A stretch of 44,846 bases of DNA, counting the filler, from Catajapyx aquilonaris (Eukaryota), in NCBI GenBank assembly GCA_000934665.2. It is 2 parts of 2 records of this genome, joined end to end, with 100 filler letters (N's around TTAATTAATTAA, not from the genome) between each part and the next. Parts side by side here need not be neighbours in the genome. Positions count along the whole stretch, not along the records: positions 22,444 to 44,846 come from JYFJ02005878.1; 1 more part is not named here. One strand, written 5' to 3'. A model generated the notes under the pieces. It saw nothing but the letters and a program-made list of their open reading frames with translations, was not told the origin of the DNA and did not search any database. Below are positions 23,071 through 36,171 of this stretch, one piece after another. How positions within the stretch are numbered: position 1 is the stretch's first letter; each line of letters begins with the position of its first letter. Position numbers and translations under genes: made by a program.

Positions 23071-24128
23071 ATGACCGTTTTTCCTGTTGTACCGCTTCCA
23101 CTGCTTCGGTGTATCCAGGTTTTATTACAAATGCATATGTGAAAGAAATGCATGATGGGAATTTGAAAGGTAAATCGGTTGACTTGATAAATATGTCATA
23201 CCAAAACATTGCTTTATTACACATAGATTGTAGAATATAAAAAATCAATGTACAAAAATATTAGGTGCAGCTCCCAGAAAAGCGTCGAATGAATACACTA
23301 TTCGTCCTTCTATATATTCCTCAAAACTATGTCCGGTACATTTCGACATAAAACTACCGTCATGGGTGACATAGCTGTACTATATGTTTAATATTTCTGC
23401 AACTCAAGCATGAGCTAATTATATTTGTTGTCAGCATGGGTCCTTATTTTTTTCTCAAAAACTTTCCTGATAATTAAGCCTGTACAAATACTGTAACTAT
23501 ACTCATTATACTCAAGGTTATTTTCAACATATGTATTATATGCTCCAGAATGAAATTATCTTGTAGCCTTTCATCCTTGAGTCCTGACCTTGGTCAAATC
23601 TTAAAATGCGTGCAGCATTGCCTTAGGTCAGGACTGAAGTTGCATAATTATGTAGCGGGAAATAATTTCATAATTATGAAATAAACAAAAAATTAATAGC
23701 TTAATTGAAGCGTAACTACACTTAATCATTGACACCCTCTTTTGCTTCAAGTATGATCTTGACGTCAATAATTCGGATGCCAAACACAACAAACAGTGTA
23801 AGATGTGACAAAAGTAGAGTCCTTCAAAATATGAGACTACATTGGCCAATTTTTACTATGATCATTACAGGAAAAGGTTCCTAACAGCAATTATTGAACT
23901 TCTGGGTAATTATGTATAAAGAGAGCCTCAAAGCAGAAGTCTTGACTAATCATATGTATTCTGACGACACATGGCCTCTATTCCCACTAATTGACTTGCT
24001 TCATGGCTATATTTAACACACTCAATTACGCAACTATTTTCATACTGTACATGCAGTTGTCATACTTTCTATTGGCAAATGCATAAGCATCCTAATCTAT
24101 ATATGATGCGTAGATACTTCTTGACGAA

Positions 24129-26321
24129 TTACTTCTGTCTCGGTGGCACCACAGATATTGAATAGGATATAGTTTTTGCCTTCAGTTTGTAGTAGCTGTT
24201 GTCAAAGGTTACCACATCTGTAACAGATATTTGTGGTGAAATATTGCACAATTTGTGAATCAGGAAAAGATGCTTACATTTTCCGGCTTTCAGAATTGTG
24301 GTCTCTCCTTCAGCCATCAAAAAGTAACATGGTTCTCTGTGGAGGTTGACAACCTCGAATGAACCATCGACACCTTGACGATGGATTTTGAAATCGATGT
24401 CGAATCCATCAGCATAAAACATCCACCTGTAAACATAGATTGGTTCAGTACCGATACATCATGTCAGTTCAGTGATTTTGCTGTACTGATACCTCAGTTT
24501 GGAGCCTTCTATCGGCACATCCATATCCAGACGAGTTTTGTCAGAGACGTCAACAAAAGCTGTCTTCAGTTTTTTACGTCCATTTACATGAAGGTTCTTC
24601 ATGTATATTGACTTTGGAAACTCGAACTGGACGCATACCTGGCATAACAGTACGAATTGAACATTCTGAAGAAATTGTCAGTCACTTATAAAAAAATCAC
24701 CTTTGATGAGCATCGTGGATCGCCATCTGGATCGGCCATTGTTCCTCCCCAGTGTTTGGGCAACTGGCTTTGGTCTATTTCGTCCAATAGGGCAGGGACC
24801 CACTTGCTTCTGTCTGAACTGTAAATCTTGATAATTTTGCTAATAGCATCATTCAACAATGGCTTAATGGTGTTGAAAACGGTAGGAATGAACGGTGCCG
24901 CTGAAAATGTGACACAATTTAATTTTCGATCAAAAAAAATTGAGAAGGAATTGTTACAACATGCATTAACTTTAATATAATTTGAAATTTGTGTATAATT
25001 TTGATATTATGCAACAGGGAATAAATTTTAAGCGCAAAAATTGCCATTGGTCTTTGGATGATACCATCTTGACACCATCTCAATGATAACCTTCACATTT
25101 TTTTTACTTCCAAGTTGGCACAAAAAAATCATTCTTGTATGAATATCCTGTTTCATACCGTTAATAACAAACACCGAGTTGAGACAATCCGGATAGTGGG
25201 AACCAGCAACAATGGTAAGTTTTGCAACCAGTTTCCAAGCTGAAAAAGTGAAACATATATTGTCAGTTTCTGTGCTAAGGACACTGTGTCCTAATGGCAT
25301 CATAGCTGTGGCTCTAGAATTGATTTACAACCAGAATGAATTTTAAAAACCTGCTTTCGTTTTTGACAACCACAAAAAGTTCATATCATTTCGCCATACG
25401 ATTAAAATGTATATCATTAAGAGAATTACAACATACCAGTTTTCCACATGGCGACAGTGTAATCGATGCCCTCTAAGTCCACAATGATAGTTTTCTTTGA
25501 CACTATGTTGCCAAGTTTCTCACTTTGTTGTTCTTCCTCCACTCTGCTTTTTTCCAAAAGGTACACCAAGTTCATGGCAACATCGTCAACAGGAACTGAC
25601 GAAAGCATACCTTTTATGTCCCATCGACCGGCCGGGAATATCCAAACTTAGAGAGAACATGTGTGTTAATTATAATTTTTTATAATATTTTACTATTAAC
25701 TTACTTGGGCAGCCTAATTTGTCAAATCCGACCATTCCACGAACACTGAAAATTTCATAGAATTTTGGTGGATTCCATGTTTCGATTATGTCATCTATTC
25801 CATGCTTGAGTCTCCATTTCATTGACTGAAATGTACACATTACTTTATGTGTTAACACTTAATGTGTCAAACATGAAATGTCACTTTGACAGAAGTAGAG
25901 AGTACGGTATATTTAATTACAGTACAATTCTATACGCCATTTTACTAACCTCACGAAACATGTCAGCTCCTCTTTTGGGATCAAAATTTCTTTCTGCAAA
26001 AAGACACATTTTCACATACTGTAACGCCATATCAAACTCATGAGTAACATACCTTTCAACCACTTCAGCAAGTAGTAATCTTGATGATGAGGTAGTATGA
26101 AGTCGGAAGCAAGTTCTCGAAACTAAAATAATCAAAAAATCTAATAATCTCAATTGTCAGGTAGTGTAGCATCAAGTTGACAATGGTCCTTCAATTGAGA
26201 ATAAATTCTAACACTTTGATTGCCACTTTGTAAAAAAAAGCCTAAGAAATTCATAGACCTTAATAGTGCTTACCTTGGAAAATGCATTTTTTTGCTGATC
26301 ACTCAACTGAAGGGGTGACAT
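24129..26321 (-). CDS. SEC14-like protein (CRAL-TRIO + GOLD), copy A, about 385 aa
   Basis: Exons 26321-26274, 26122-26053, 25993-25950, 25825-25705, 25646-25437, 25239-25159, 24900-24701, 24638-24493, 24426-24278, 24217-24129 give an open frame. Motifs DYYLLKWLK, GFDKLGCP, IIVDLEG, HYPDCL, QLPKHWGGTMADPDGDPRC, VTFDNSY. Confidence 0.92.
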
Positions 26322-27173
26322 GGCTAGAGCAGAGGCAAGATCACCAAGATGTTTTCTCTTCCAGAGGTGACGATCGACTGATGCTACCAAGAAGAAGGAA
26401 GCTCAATAGGTCTACTCGGTCTCCATTATCGGAGAGACGTAAGAAGACTATCGGAAAGTTATTGACCTATATTTTGCATGTTCTCGTCGGTTTATCTGAA
26501 ATACACTGACCCTCGCTTAAATGTGTGTTTTCGGGCTAACCAGCATCTGACCTAATTTGCATATACACCAGGATTAAGACCTTGCCTATACAATTCATTA
26601 TACCGGACCCTTTGAGAGGGTTCCTTAGGTGTGCAATATCAATAGTATAATCATGTGAACTGTAATCTGCCTCTTTAGAAAGAGGCAGATTACATGATAT
26701 ATATGCGCATGATATATGCGAGTCACACATGACCTTGCCATAAACTCAGTTGGAAATCACCAGCGTATATAAATAATTATGGAATTTTATTCATAAGTGA
26801 TTTTAAAAACAGTCTGGTGGTATAACATTGCAGGATATGGAGGACTCTACAATGAAACATCTCTCGTCTTCACTCCTGAAGAAAATCCCGCCTTGAGATC
26901 CTGACCAGCTGGTGACCCTAATATCCTGTCTCAGAGCAGGTCATCGATGACCTATAGTCGCAGCCATGACCGACAATCAAATGTAGGTCTACAATATTTT
27001 GAACGATTTAAAAATGTCACTCAAGGTTGATGACTCAAGGAGTGCCCAGATTTTGTTTAATAATCAGAAAATTCAATGACCTTTTCAACCTTTTTGGTGA
27101 ATAACCTTTCAGCTTTTCAGCTTCACAAGGCTTACCGCAGCATATACAGGATGAAGGGAAACTCGCGGACAAT

Positions 27174-27409
27174 CGCCAGGTCGACTTATAGTACTCGCAA
27201 AACTAATATTGGAATGTGCAATTCGTTTTTGGCTCCGTTGCGTAGTTAATGCGTACGGCGCCTTTAAAGTGTAGAGGGCCCTAAGCTGGCGGAACGGATG
27301 TGACGTCACGAAACTTTGACAGCGCCGTACGCATTAACTACGCAACGGAGCCCAAAACTAATTGCACATCCCTATATTAGTTTTGTGAGTACTATCTATC
27401 TACCTAGCG
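27174..27409. repeat. Long inverted repeat (about 88-bp arms), MITE-like, upstream of SEC14 copy A
   Basis: GGCTCCGTTGCGTAGTTAATGCGTACGGCGC is perfectly complementary to GCGCCGTACGCATTAACTACGCAACGGAGCC. Outer arms are imperfect. Confidence 0.8.
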
Positions 27410-29173
27410 AGTATGTATAAACCTTTACGCAATAGCACTTTTATTTACGCTTGCGTGATCATATCTTTTATATCGTTCTGGCTGAATTCCGTGTCTTGAA
27501 CTTTCGAATTTACCTCAATTTTAAGTGCACGTTTACTCTCGGTGGTCATCGAGATAAATGATGAAGAGATCCAGACAGTGTTTAGGCCAACGTTACGCAA
27601 CGTTACGTGAGTGGGAAACCAGTTTAGAAAATCGGCTTAGAAAGCAAGATCATTACCCCTTGTTAAAAACATAACATTTCTTGTGAGTTCACAGTGACAG
27701 CCCACACATGTAAGCATCAATATGTTTTCAACATTGAAAAACGCTAACCAAAGTAGGACGTAATCCAGACCCAGGCTTCCATGTTGACCTTTGATCGCAA
27801 AGCTTTGCTCAACTTTTATTTTATTTCTCTCTGAAAGTCAACCTATGCGGCACATTTTGTTGGGCTTCTTATCACTTGATACGGATTTTTTACGGGTTAA
27901 AGTACACCCAAATATGGAAGACTTCCGCCTTAAAAAAGGTGTTCATTTGGCCTCGTGGCTGTTGATGCCCTGACCAAAAAAAAAGGAGCCAAAAGATTGC
28001 GACAAGCATACGTGCGTCAATGTGTCAGTGCATGTGTACTGCTCTTCAACGGTGATTCATTGCATCTAACAGTATACAAATTATCCTGGAATATAACTTG
28101 AAAATCACAGGCTCACATGTTATTTTTAAATGCATTATCATAAATTAGCATTTAATGCGCATCTCGCCTTCTTTGGCTATATGTCACGGAACTAACCAGT
28201 AATTTTGCAACATAGGCGATATTACTGCTTCAGATACATAACACTTATGCTATAAGACCAGATGACGATAAGAAGTCAAAGATTTCGAAAATTTTGTTTT
28301 TCAACAGAACGTATGGTATTGCATCAGATTTGCAGTGTGTTTATGAAAATGACTATTATTAGCAACACTTAAGGTCTATTACACAATCATTTCGTTTTCA
28401 CAACCGATTTTCGCCACATCTGGTATAAAATGGGAATTTCTAATGCAATGCTTCGGAGGATTTGTGCCAATTCATTAATTTATATTTTCTTAATTATTAC
28501 GGCATTATACTTATGTTCTTCCTGAATCTTGGCACAAATATAGAGCCCGAATCCGTCATTTTCAATATATACCACGCTTTCCCATATAAAAAGTGGGGGG
28601 GTAAGCTGCACCTGGAAGCAATTCAATTTGATACAAACTCCGAGGTGGTTTTCGACATTACTTGTTTCTCCTCACATCCATTATGACACATATAATTATA
28701 ATGCACAGATGTGTCACTCGACTTCTCGCACATTCGCCCTCTGACTCATTGCACGTCATTACAATATGCTCTTTGCACTCCAAAAGAAATCTATTTTGGT
28801 AATGTGAATACAAAAAGGTGACCTGGTTATCAGGAGTGTGCTGAATAGGACAAAGGGTGAGAAGTCCCAAGACCTTGGGAAAAGCAGGAAGGCCAGAAAC
28901 AAAAGGTTCCAACATTGGTGGATACCATATCACTTCTCAATGTTCTCATCCTTCAACCTGATGACCTTTGCCAAAATGGACCCACAAAATGGTCACAATA
29001 ATACGGAGACAAAATGTGTTGTGGCTGATGACGTAATTTGAATAAATAGAACACATTTAGCCCAAAGCATGTTTATAATGCAAAATCCCGTCACTTTCCC
29101 CAGGACAATAGTGTGAATACAGTTGAGTTACTGTACTTGAAACAATTTCGGTAAAATCTGGTACACCTTTTTT

Positions 29174-32100
29174 TTAGTTTGGCTGATCGCCTGCTTGTGG
29201 AAGAACAACTTGTCCGTAATACCACACGGACACACTCTTCTTTCCTTTGGTGTTGTCAAATGTGATGACATCTGAAATGTACAAGTGAGTTAGATTTGTC
29301 ACAATTACTAGTATGACCAATGCTTACATTTTCCTGGGTTAGGACAAGCCACTTCAGAGTCGACCACCAGATCCCGCTTTTCTCTAGTGTAAGCAACAAT
29401 ATCCTTGGCACCATTGGCCGACTTGTGTTTCACCACAAATCCAATCTTGTCATCCACCTTGTCTAGGTAAAACACCCAGCTGGAAAAAAAAGGTGATTAC
29501 AACTTGCTAACCCACATTTATTGAAAAATGTGCTGTACTAACTGCAACTTTGAATTGGCGATGGGAACGTCATATTCCAAGTCCATGGTTTGGCCTTTAT
29601 CAAGTTCTTTCAACTCAAACTCACTGTCCTGGATATTGGATAAATTTGCCAGGTAAAAAGACCTGGGAATTTCTCCACCCATGTAAATCTGCGGAAAATT
29701 TGTTAATTACTTAATTTGATGGCATTGGTGTACACAAGGTATACCTTAGATGGACAACAAGGGTCACCATCTGGATCCACACAATTTCCTCCCCAGTGTT
29801 TTGGCAACTGGTCTGCATCGACATGTTCCAAAAGAGCAGGCATCCACTTGTTCCTGTCAGGACCATACACTTCTATTTTGCGCTGAAGAGATTTGCTGAT
29901 GAATGGCTTCACCAAACCATACACGTATGGGAAGAAGCTCGGAGCTGTAATCATAATTATGTTACTTATTTAAAGGGACACCACTCAAAAAAAAAGTTTG
30001 GCTCTAAAAATCGGGCAAAAAATCGTGAATCCGAAGGTGCAATCCGTTTTTCGCTGCGCAGAAGGGTAATCCCAGGGCGAGGGGTCAAAATAGGGAAATT
30101 CAAATAGTGCGCTAGAAGCTGACTGTCCGCCAGCGACGCCCTCGGGACATTTGGAACTGGAGGGCTGCTCCCCCCTGCCCGCGCGCTTAGGCCCATCCCA
30201 AAGAGGTGCAGCCCTCCAGTTCCCCTGTTCCCCGCGTGGCGGCGCCGCTCATTAGCAGACGACACACTTTGACACCTCGCCCTGGTATTACCGTTCCGCG
30301 TAGCGAAAAACGAATTGCACCTTCGGATTCAGGATTTTTTGCCCAATTTTTAGAGCCAAACTTGTTTTTTGAGTGGAGTGTCCCTTTAAAGACAACTTCC
30401 TATCAATACTCACCATTAATGATGATGATCTTTTTGGTCATCTCAGGATAGTAATTGGTCAGAATCTTGGCCATTTGAATCACATACTCTCGATCTGGAT
30501 AGGAACATCTCATGTAATAACCAGATGTAATAATTTGAAATTTTTTTTAGTTACTTCTCTTTCCAGCCGCAATTTTAAAATCAAGTCCTTCCAAATCGCC
30601 AATTTCAATATTTTGGGAAATATCTCGTCCAAGTTTCTCACTCTGCGCCTTAATAACCTTGTTTATGCTTTCCATACGATAAATAGCAGCCATCAATCCA
30701 TCTTCATCCGTCACTGATCTCAAAAATCCTCTGATATCTGCCTTTCCCACTGGGAAAAGTGTAACTAAACGAGAGCAAAAATTGTACATTAACATTTTTT
30801 TTTGAAATTGTGTCACCGACATGTCAACTCACCGGGACGCCCTTCTTTGTCGTAGCAGGTTATCATCTTGGTGAAAGGCACTTTCAAAACTTCCGGCAGG
30901 GTGTATTTCTCCACAATACTGTCAACCCCATATTCCTTTCTCCATTCCAAACACTATTAAAATTAAAATCAAAAATAATGGATTGTATGGGATTACTGGG
31001 GGGGGGGGGGGGTNGACATACATACCGCACGAAATTTGGCTTCGGCTTTGCGGGCATTGAATTTCTTGACTGTAAAGTAACGTTTGTATCATACATATTG
31101 GTTAGGCAATACTTTAAAAAGGACGGAGAAAATATTTTGCTTGTGACATACCTACACACCATTTCAGCAAATAGGTGTCGGTATGTTCGGGCTTCAGTAC
31201 GTCAGAAACTTTCTTCTTGAACTGCAAATTAGTACAATAATCAACATATTAACTAAGTGAAGGATATCTTCTTCACAATCATTGCATCAAGGAGGAAAAA
31301 GATTGCTGTTACAAGTCACCTCCAAGCAATAAATGTGTGGTGTAATATAGCCAACAAAAACGTAATTGCTTCCCAACTTCAATTACCAGGTAATTCCAGG
31401 AGTTTGAGGAATTACATGCTTTGGAAGCGGCTTCATAGCAAAAAACCACTGATTAAAGGGAAGCAGTGGTGTAGTGGTGAGCTTTCACCTCTAAGGTCCT
31501 GAGTTCGATCGTTGTTATCGTGGGTTTTCTCATGCTCTTCCGTTTTCTCCCACGATCATTACCCATCACAGCACAGGCAAATTATTAAAGTCAGTTAAGT
31601 AAAAGATGGTCCCCTAAAAGGCCCAAGGAGGCCTATCTTGGGGTACCATTATTAGCAGCAATTTGTGACTCACTTACCCCGTGGGAATGTTTTCTACCTC
31701 ATCTTTTATAGCCATTCGAGCTTGTTTCACTACTTTCAAGGGCAGTGTATAAAAAGGGCAGTTATTGTATAATATTGCATGTCACGCAAAAAAAACACAA
31801 TTTCTTAATGAGGCAGTTGTAGAAGTTATTTCCGAAAATATTTCCGAAATTTCAGAAACTGTCAACAATTTTTAAAAAATAATGTAGGATTATGTCCGAG
31901 CAACATACTTGTAGAACAAGCACAATAAGAATTGTGTCATACTTTTCCACAATAGCCTAATCTATAAATCCACTGTTGCACAATAGCCTTGCATGGGCAG
32001 AGGAAATGCAAAAAAAAAGATCTTTTCTCTGAACGATGCATTTTACAAGGACACCAAATCCAGGCGTCTCTCCTTGACGTCACAATGTTAATTGCCATAA

Positions 32101-32985
32101 ATTTTTTGCCATGCTACAACAACATGCACGCAAACTTCGCTCGTGTAACGTATAGTCAGAAAGCTTTAAAAAATATTCCCGAAAAAAAAAACAAGTTAGT
32201 CATGTAATAATGTAATCCAATACGGTAATTGATGATACTTCAAGTGGTAAATAGATGCATGTTTCAAATGTAGTATTTACAGTGGAATATGATTGAAAGT
32301 TAAATTGGAGATAAAAATGTTTAAACGTATGCCACATGTATGCATAATTTTGCAGTATTATAGTTTGCTAATCTTCTGGCACAAACATGTAAAAATGCAA
32401 AAACTTTCCAATGGTATAGGGCGAAAAAATTCTAGGACAAAAAAATTTAGGCCATGCTTTGAATGTTGGCTGAGTTGAATGACTCCTAATTTTTACAGCA
32501 AATCAAGTGCACTGACCTTATATTTGCCAATAGACACATCAGTACAAACAAGCACACTAATAGACATTCCATATTTGATAGGTGAAATGTGCATGGACGT
32601 CATTCCGTAATAACAGCTTCCAATATGTGATATTGTAACACTTTAAAAAAAAAGTCATGCGATTATATGTACAAAAACACTTCCTGGGTCTGACCAAGTG
32701 ACGTTCATGCAGGATATTGATAACCTCAACTGCATCATATATTGCAATTATTCCTATTACTTCATCTTCCGGTACTATAAATCATTTAACCTTCGCATAG
32801 TCTGCCAGTTTTTATTAGAATTTATAGGGAAAAAAATGTATAGAAAAATTCTATTGCAATCTAATATTCAAATCGACACACAGCTTTCCAGTAATCTGCA
32901 TACACTAATTAATCAACTACAATAGACTCACCTCATCAAAAGCAGTCCTCTGTGACTTGGACAATTCAGCTAAAGACGTGGCCAT
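29174..32985 (-). CDS. SEC14-like protein (CRAL-TRIO + GOLD), copy B, about 391 aa
   Basis: Exons 32985-32932, 31221-31152, 31069-31026, 30953-30833, 30764-30555, 30494-30414, 29944-29745, 29688-29543, 29479-29328, 29271-29174. Motifs DTYLLKW, YDKEGRP, YYPEMTKK, QLPKHWGGNCVDPDGDP, ITFDN. Exon 1 assignment is less certain. Confidence 0.9.
29974..30385. mobile_element. Kolobok-like MITE in SEC14 copy B intron 6
   Basis: TTAA|AGGGACAC...GTGTCCCT|TTAA, with about 125-bp inverted arms and a GC-rich core. Confidence 0.85.
31458..31654 (+). mobile_element. tRNA-derived SINE family A, second copy
   Basis: GCAGTGGTGTAGTGG A-box and CACCTCTAAGGTCCTGAGTTCGATC. Tail CCCCTAAAAGGCCCAAGGAGGCCTATCTTGGGGTACCATTATT matches the copy at 5886-6425. 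Confidence 0.8.
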
Positions 32986-33486
32986 CCTTTCCAAGAGAAA
33001 ATGATATAGAGGAGCAGTTGATTCAACAGCTACCGGCTGTATGCACTGCACCGCACTCTTTCAAGGTTTCTCTGACCGCAGGTGAGATGTGAAAGTCACG
33101 AGACTTGGCACGTAATTTATAAGCCTCATTTCGCCCCTCTGCATTTTGAAATAGCTGTAGCATACACCCCAAACTGATGTGCCCCACAACAACAAAAATG
33201 TTAAGTATGGTGAGAGTTCTCAAGAGGTTGGCGAATGAGGAACGTGAGATCAGACTTTGTGGGAATATAGTTCTTTTATTTAGTCAGCTTTTTTTATGGT
33301 GTGGTTTACCGCAATGATGGTTTTAGTCTTTGTAAGGGATATAAGGGAAGTTATTCTTCCGTGTTTTTTTTAATACTGAGATTTCATCACGCATGCGTGG
33401 ACCACATAAAATGTGACGTGCATTTCTGTCATTTGGATTTCAAAGTATGGTAAAAGTAGATTTTTCTAGCCCATTATTCTGTTGCG

Positions 33487-34309
33487 TTATAGTCTGGTTG
33501 GCTTGCTGTCATGCGGTGAAATTACTTCAGCTGTGTAGTAAAAGTATTTTTGGTCGAAATCGAGTGCAGCTACCTGTAATTGAGTAATCTTAGATCAGAA
33601 GATGTCAAAAATGGTTACACTTTCATATCGGCACTTTTACCTACTTTTATACGCTTGTATCTGTTGAAATATAGGAAAGTTAGGTCATAGGTTGTGTTGG
33701 TTTGGTACAGCGTCTCCCAGATCGGGTCAGCAGACTCCAAAAATATATTTTAAATTGGATTTCAATTATAACATGTATTTTGGAGCCCCCCCCTCCAAAG
33801 CAACAACGCTGTTCTTTGAAGGGAGGGTGAAATTAATTTAATTTAATTTAAATTGGAATATCCTACATTATTATGTACAAAAAATATTTAAAATTTTAGA
33901 GGGTGTAAATGTAATGTTACATTGGATACATACCTCAGTAGGCACTTTCAGATATACTCATAGTGTTTTAGTGTTTCAAATAACTTACAATTAAATATGA
34001 TTAATGGCTAGTCATACCTCAACATCTTCCGAGCTCGTCTGTTGTGTAATTAAGTTCAAAGAAATCTTGGCATCTGATTTCCACATACTTGTAACAATTC
34101 TTCATAAATTCCTGACTTTCTCCCAGGTAGTATGATGTAGGAACCAGTCCACCCATGAACACCTACAGTCCTACATGGACAAAACATACTTTGTGATAAG
34201 CAGGACTATTTTAGAGGAAAAAAAAACATACCCTGTCCTATCCAGTACCTCAGTGTAAAAATGTAGTTAGAAATGGTGTGGATAAAGAGTTCCAAAACGT
34301 GGAGCTGTA

Positions 34310-34369
<60 letters not shown>

Positions 34370-35370
34370 CTTTAGCACTTCCGGGTTAATCAACATGTTT
34401 ACTTGTTGCATAATTATGAGATTTGAAAATTCTAAACAGATGATTACACCTGCATGACTGTTGGCATGCATGTCTACACAGTACACGATCCATAGAATGC
34501 ATTGGAGAATCTGAGTTCTTCCAGATCTATGATCATAGCGTGCTGAGAAACTGCATTTCCCAAGACTTCTGCATGGCCATCTTTGCTCATCTTCACCATG
34601 CGAATTGCATCAGTAATTAAACCCTCCTTCCTTACTCAAGATAGGATCAATTTACGTGTCTGAGCGTCCTTGGGGAAAAATCCACAATGGGAACCGGGGA
34701 TGGAAGGGGCGATGACTCGAAGGGAAAGTTCCCTAGATCTCTGGTTCCCCCTTTATGCTGCTATTATTGCATGAGAATAGAAAATTATATATATGGGTCA
34801 CCTGGGCAGCCCCCAGGCCCATAGAACTGCTTCACTTTGGGGGTCAGGTCCATCGGGCTGGTCAATTTGGCTCTATATAGGTGCCATTCATGTGACGCTC
34901 CCACCAGATGTCGTTTATTAGTTACGCAAACATGGTGGCCTTCACCACTTTTTTTTAGAATAATTTGTAGGGGAGGTCTTTTCCACGTGTCGTCCACTCA
35001 CTGTAAAATATTTCCTTTAGAATGAGGTAAGCAGGTAAAAATCATGAGTGTTAGGAGGCAGAACAGAGGGTTACAATTACAGTCTGAGACGGAGGCTTGC
35101 AGCACTGTAATGGTGCAAAAAAGTAAGGGAAAGTTATTTACAAGTGGTACCTAGAAAATAATATCAGTTATATGCCAAGTGAACATTAAATTTACTGCAA
35201 TTTTGCAGTTAAACAAGTAAACAAATTTTTTTCCATAAGTACACCTGAATAAAAAGGTTAATACGTTGATATATTTCTGCACTATTTTACTCTGAGCTAC
35301 ATTATAAAATGTCATATACCTGGTCCAAATGCTGATCCCTCTTAATTCTTTTATGTTGCTCCAAGCACTA
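33487..35370 (-). pseudogene. SEC14-like pseudogene, copy C
   Basis: Remnants in the correct order: PNTHDFYLL (about 35050), PLWIFPQGRSDTRKLILS*...AVSQHAMIIDLEEL (34690-34490), NPEVLKII, APRF (34304), VFMGGLVPTSYYL (34162-34018, with stop), YQTNTTYDLTF and KYFYYTAEVISP. Stops, deletions and insertions throughout. The 5' limit is uncertain. Confidence 0.75.
34310..34369. repeat. (AAT)20 microsatellite
   Basis: Perfect trinucleotide run. Confidence 0.95.
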
Positions 35371-35838
35371 AAAACACTAAATGAAGAGATAAACAGTCTA
35401 CCCCCTTGTGAGGTACTTGAGAGTGAGCTAGAAGCGACGTGGATGTTCTGGAGGTCATTTTTAGTAGGATATAAGAACCACCATAACTTACAGAGCTTGA
35501 AATATTAATTTTGAAATTACAAGATTTCACACAAAATGACAGCAGATTTATGTAATGACTGGTGTTAAATATTGCAAGAAGGCTTAATTGGGGCTAGAAT
35601 GATTAAATTATGCACACACTAATGACACCATTGCAACTATCAGGTGCTATATCATTCTGTTAACTCTATATATTACACACCTTGGGGAATGATCTATGTT
35701 TATTTTTAATCTACACTGTAAATAGACCCATAGTCTTCACAAAGTGATTTTTTTTACAATTTCTTTGCGAAATAAATAGACACCTCTCTCAGGTCAGAAA
35801 TGGACCTATCTCACATACAATTAATTACGTGTAGCCTA

Positions 35839-36171
35839 CACACAAAACGGCGACACACTTTTGACACATTACATGTCATCTGACACACGCAAAACTGCGC
35901 ATTTTGTGTCAAATGAAACAAAACTGTGCCATATTTCACATGACACACTTCATATCATAATCATGTTCTCTGCAAAGACATACCACGTGTGGTCATGTGG
36001 AAGAATGGAAGGATTACACATGTGTGTGTGTCACAGGGCACATATGCGAGACTTTCTGCTGCAATGCTCTCCAACTCATATTTTAGTGTCGTATTTGAGA
36101 TGACACGTTTTGCTGTGCCGGTTTAGGCAGCAAAAAATGAGATATTTTGTTGTGTCAAAACGTTTTCTGTG
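35839..36171. mobile_element. TA-flanked MITE with CAC...GTG ends and TGACAC subterminal repeats
   Basis: TA|CACACAAAACG...CGTTTTCTGTG|TA, with repeated TGACAC/GTGTCA. Confidence 0.55.

Noticed and set aside
29966..30451. ORFs with repeated TPRPGIT..RSEKRIAPSDS on both strands
   Set aside because: They are mirror translations of the two arms of the Kolobok-like MITE.
34250..34486. Poly-isoleucine ORF
   Set aside because: It is the translation of the (AAT)20 microsatellite inside a pseudogene.
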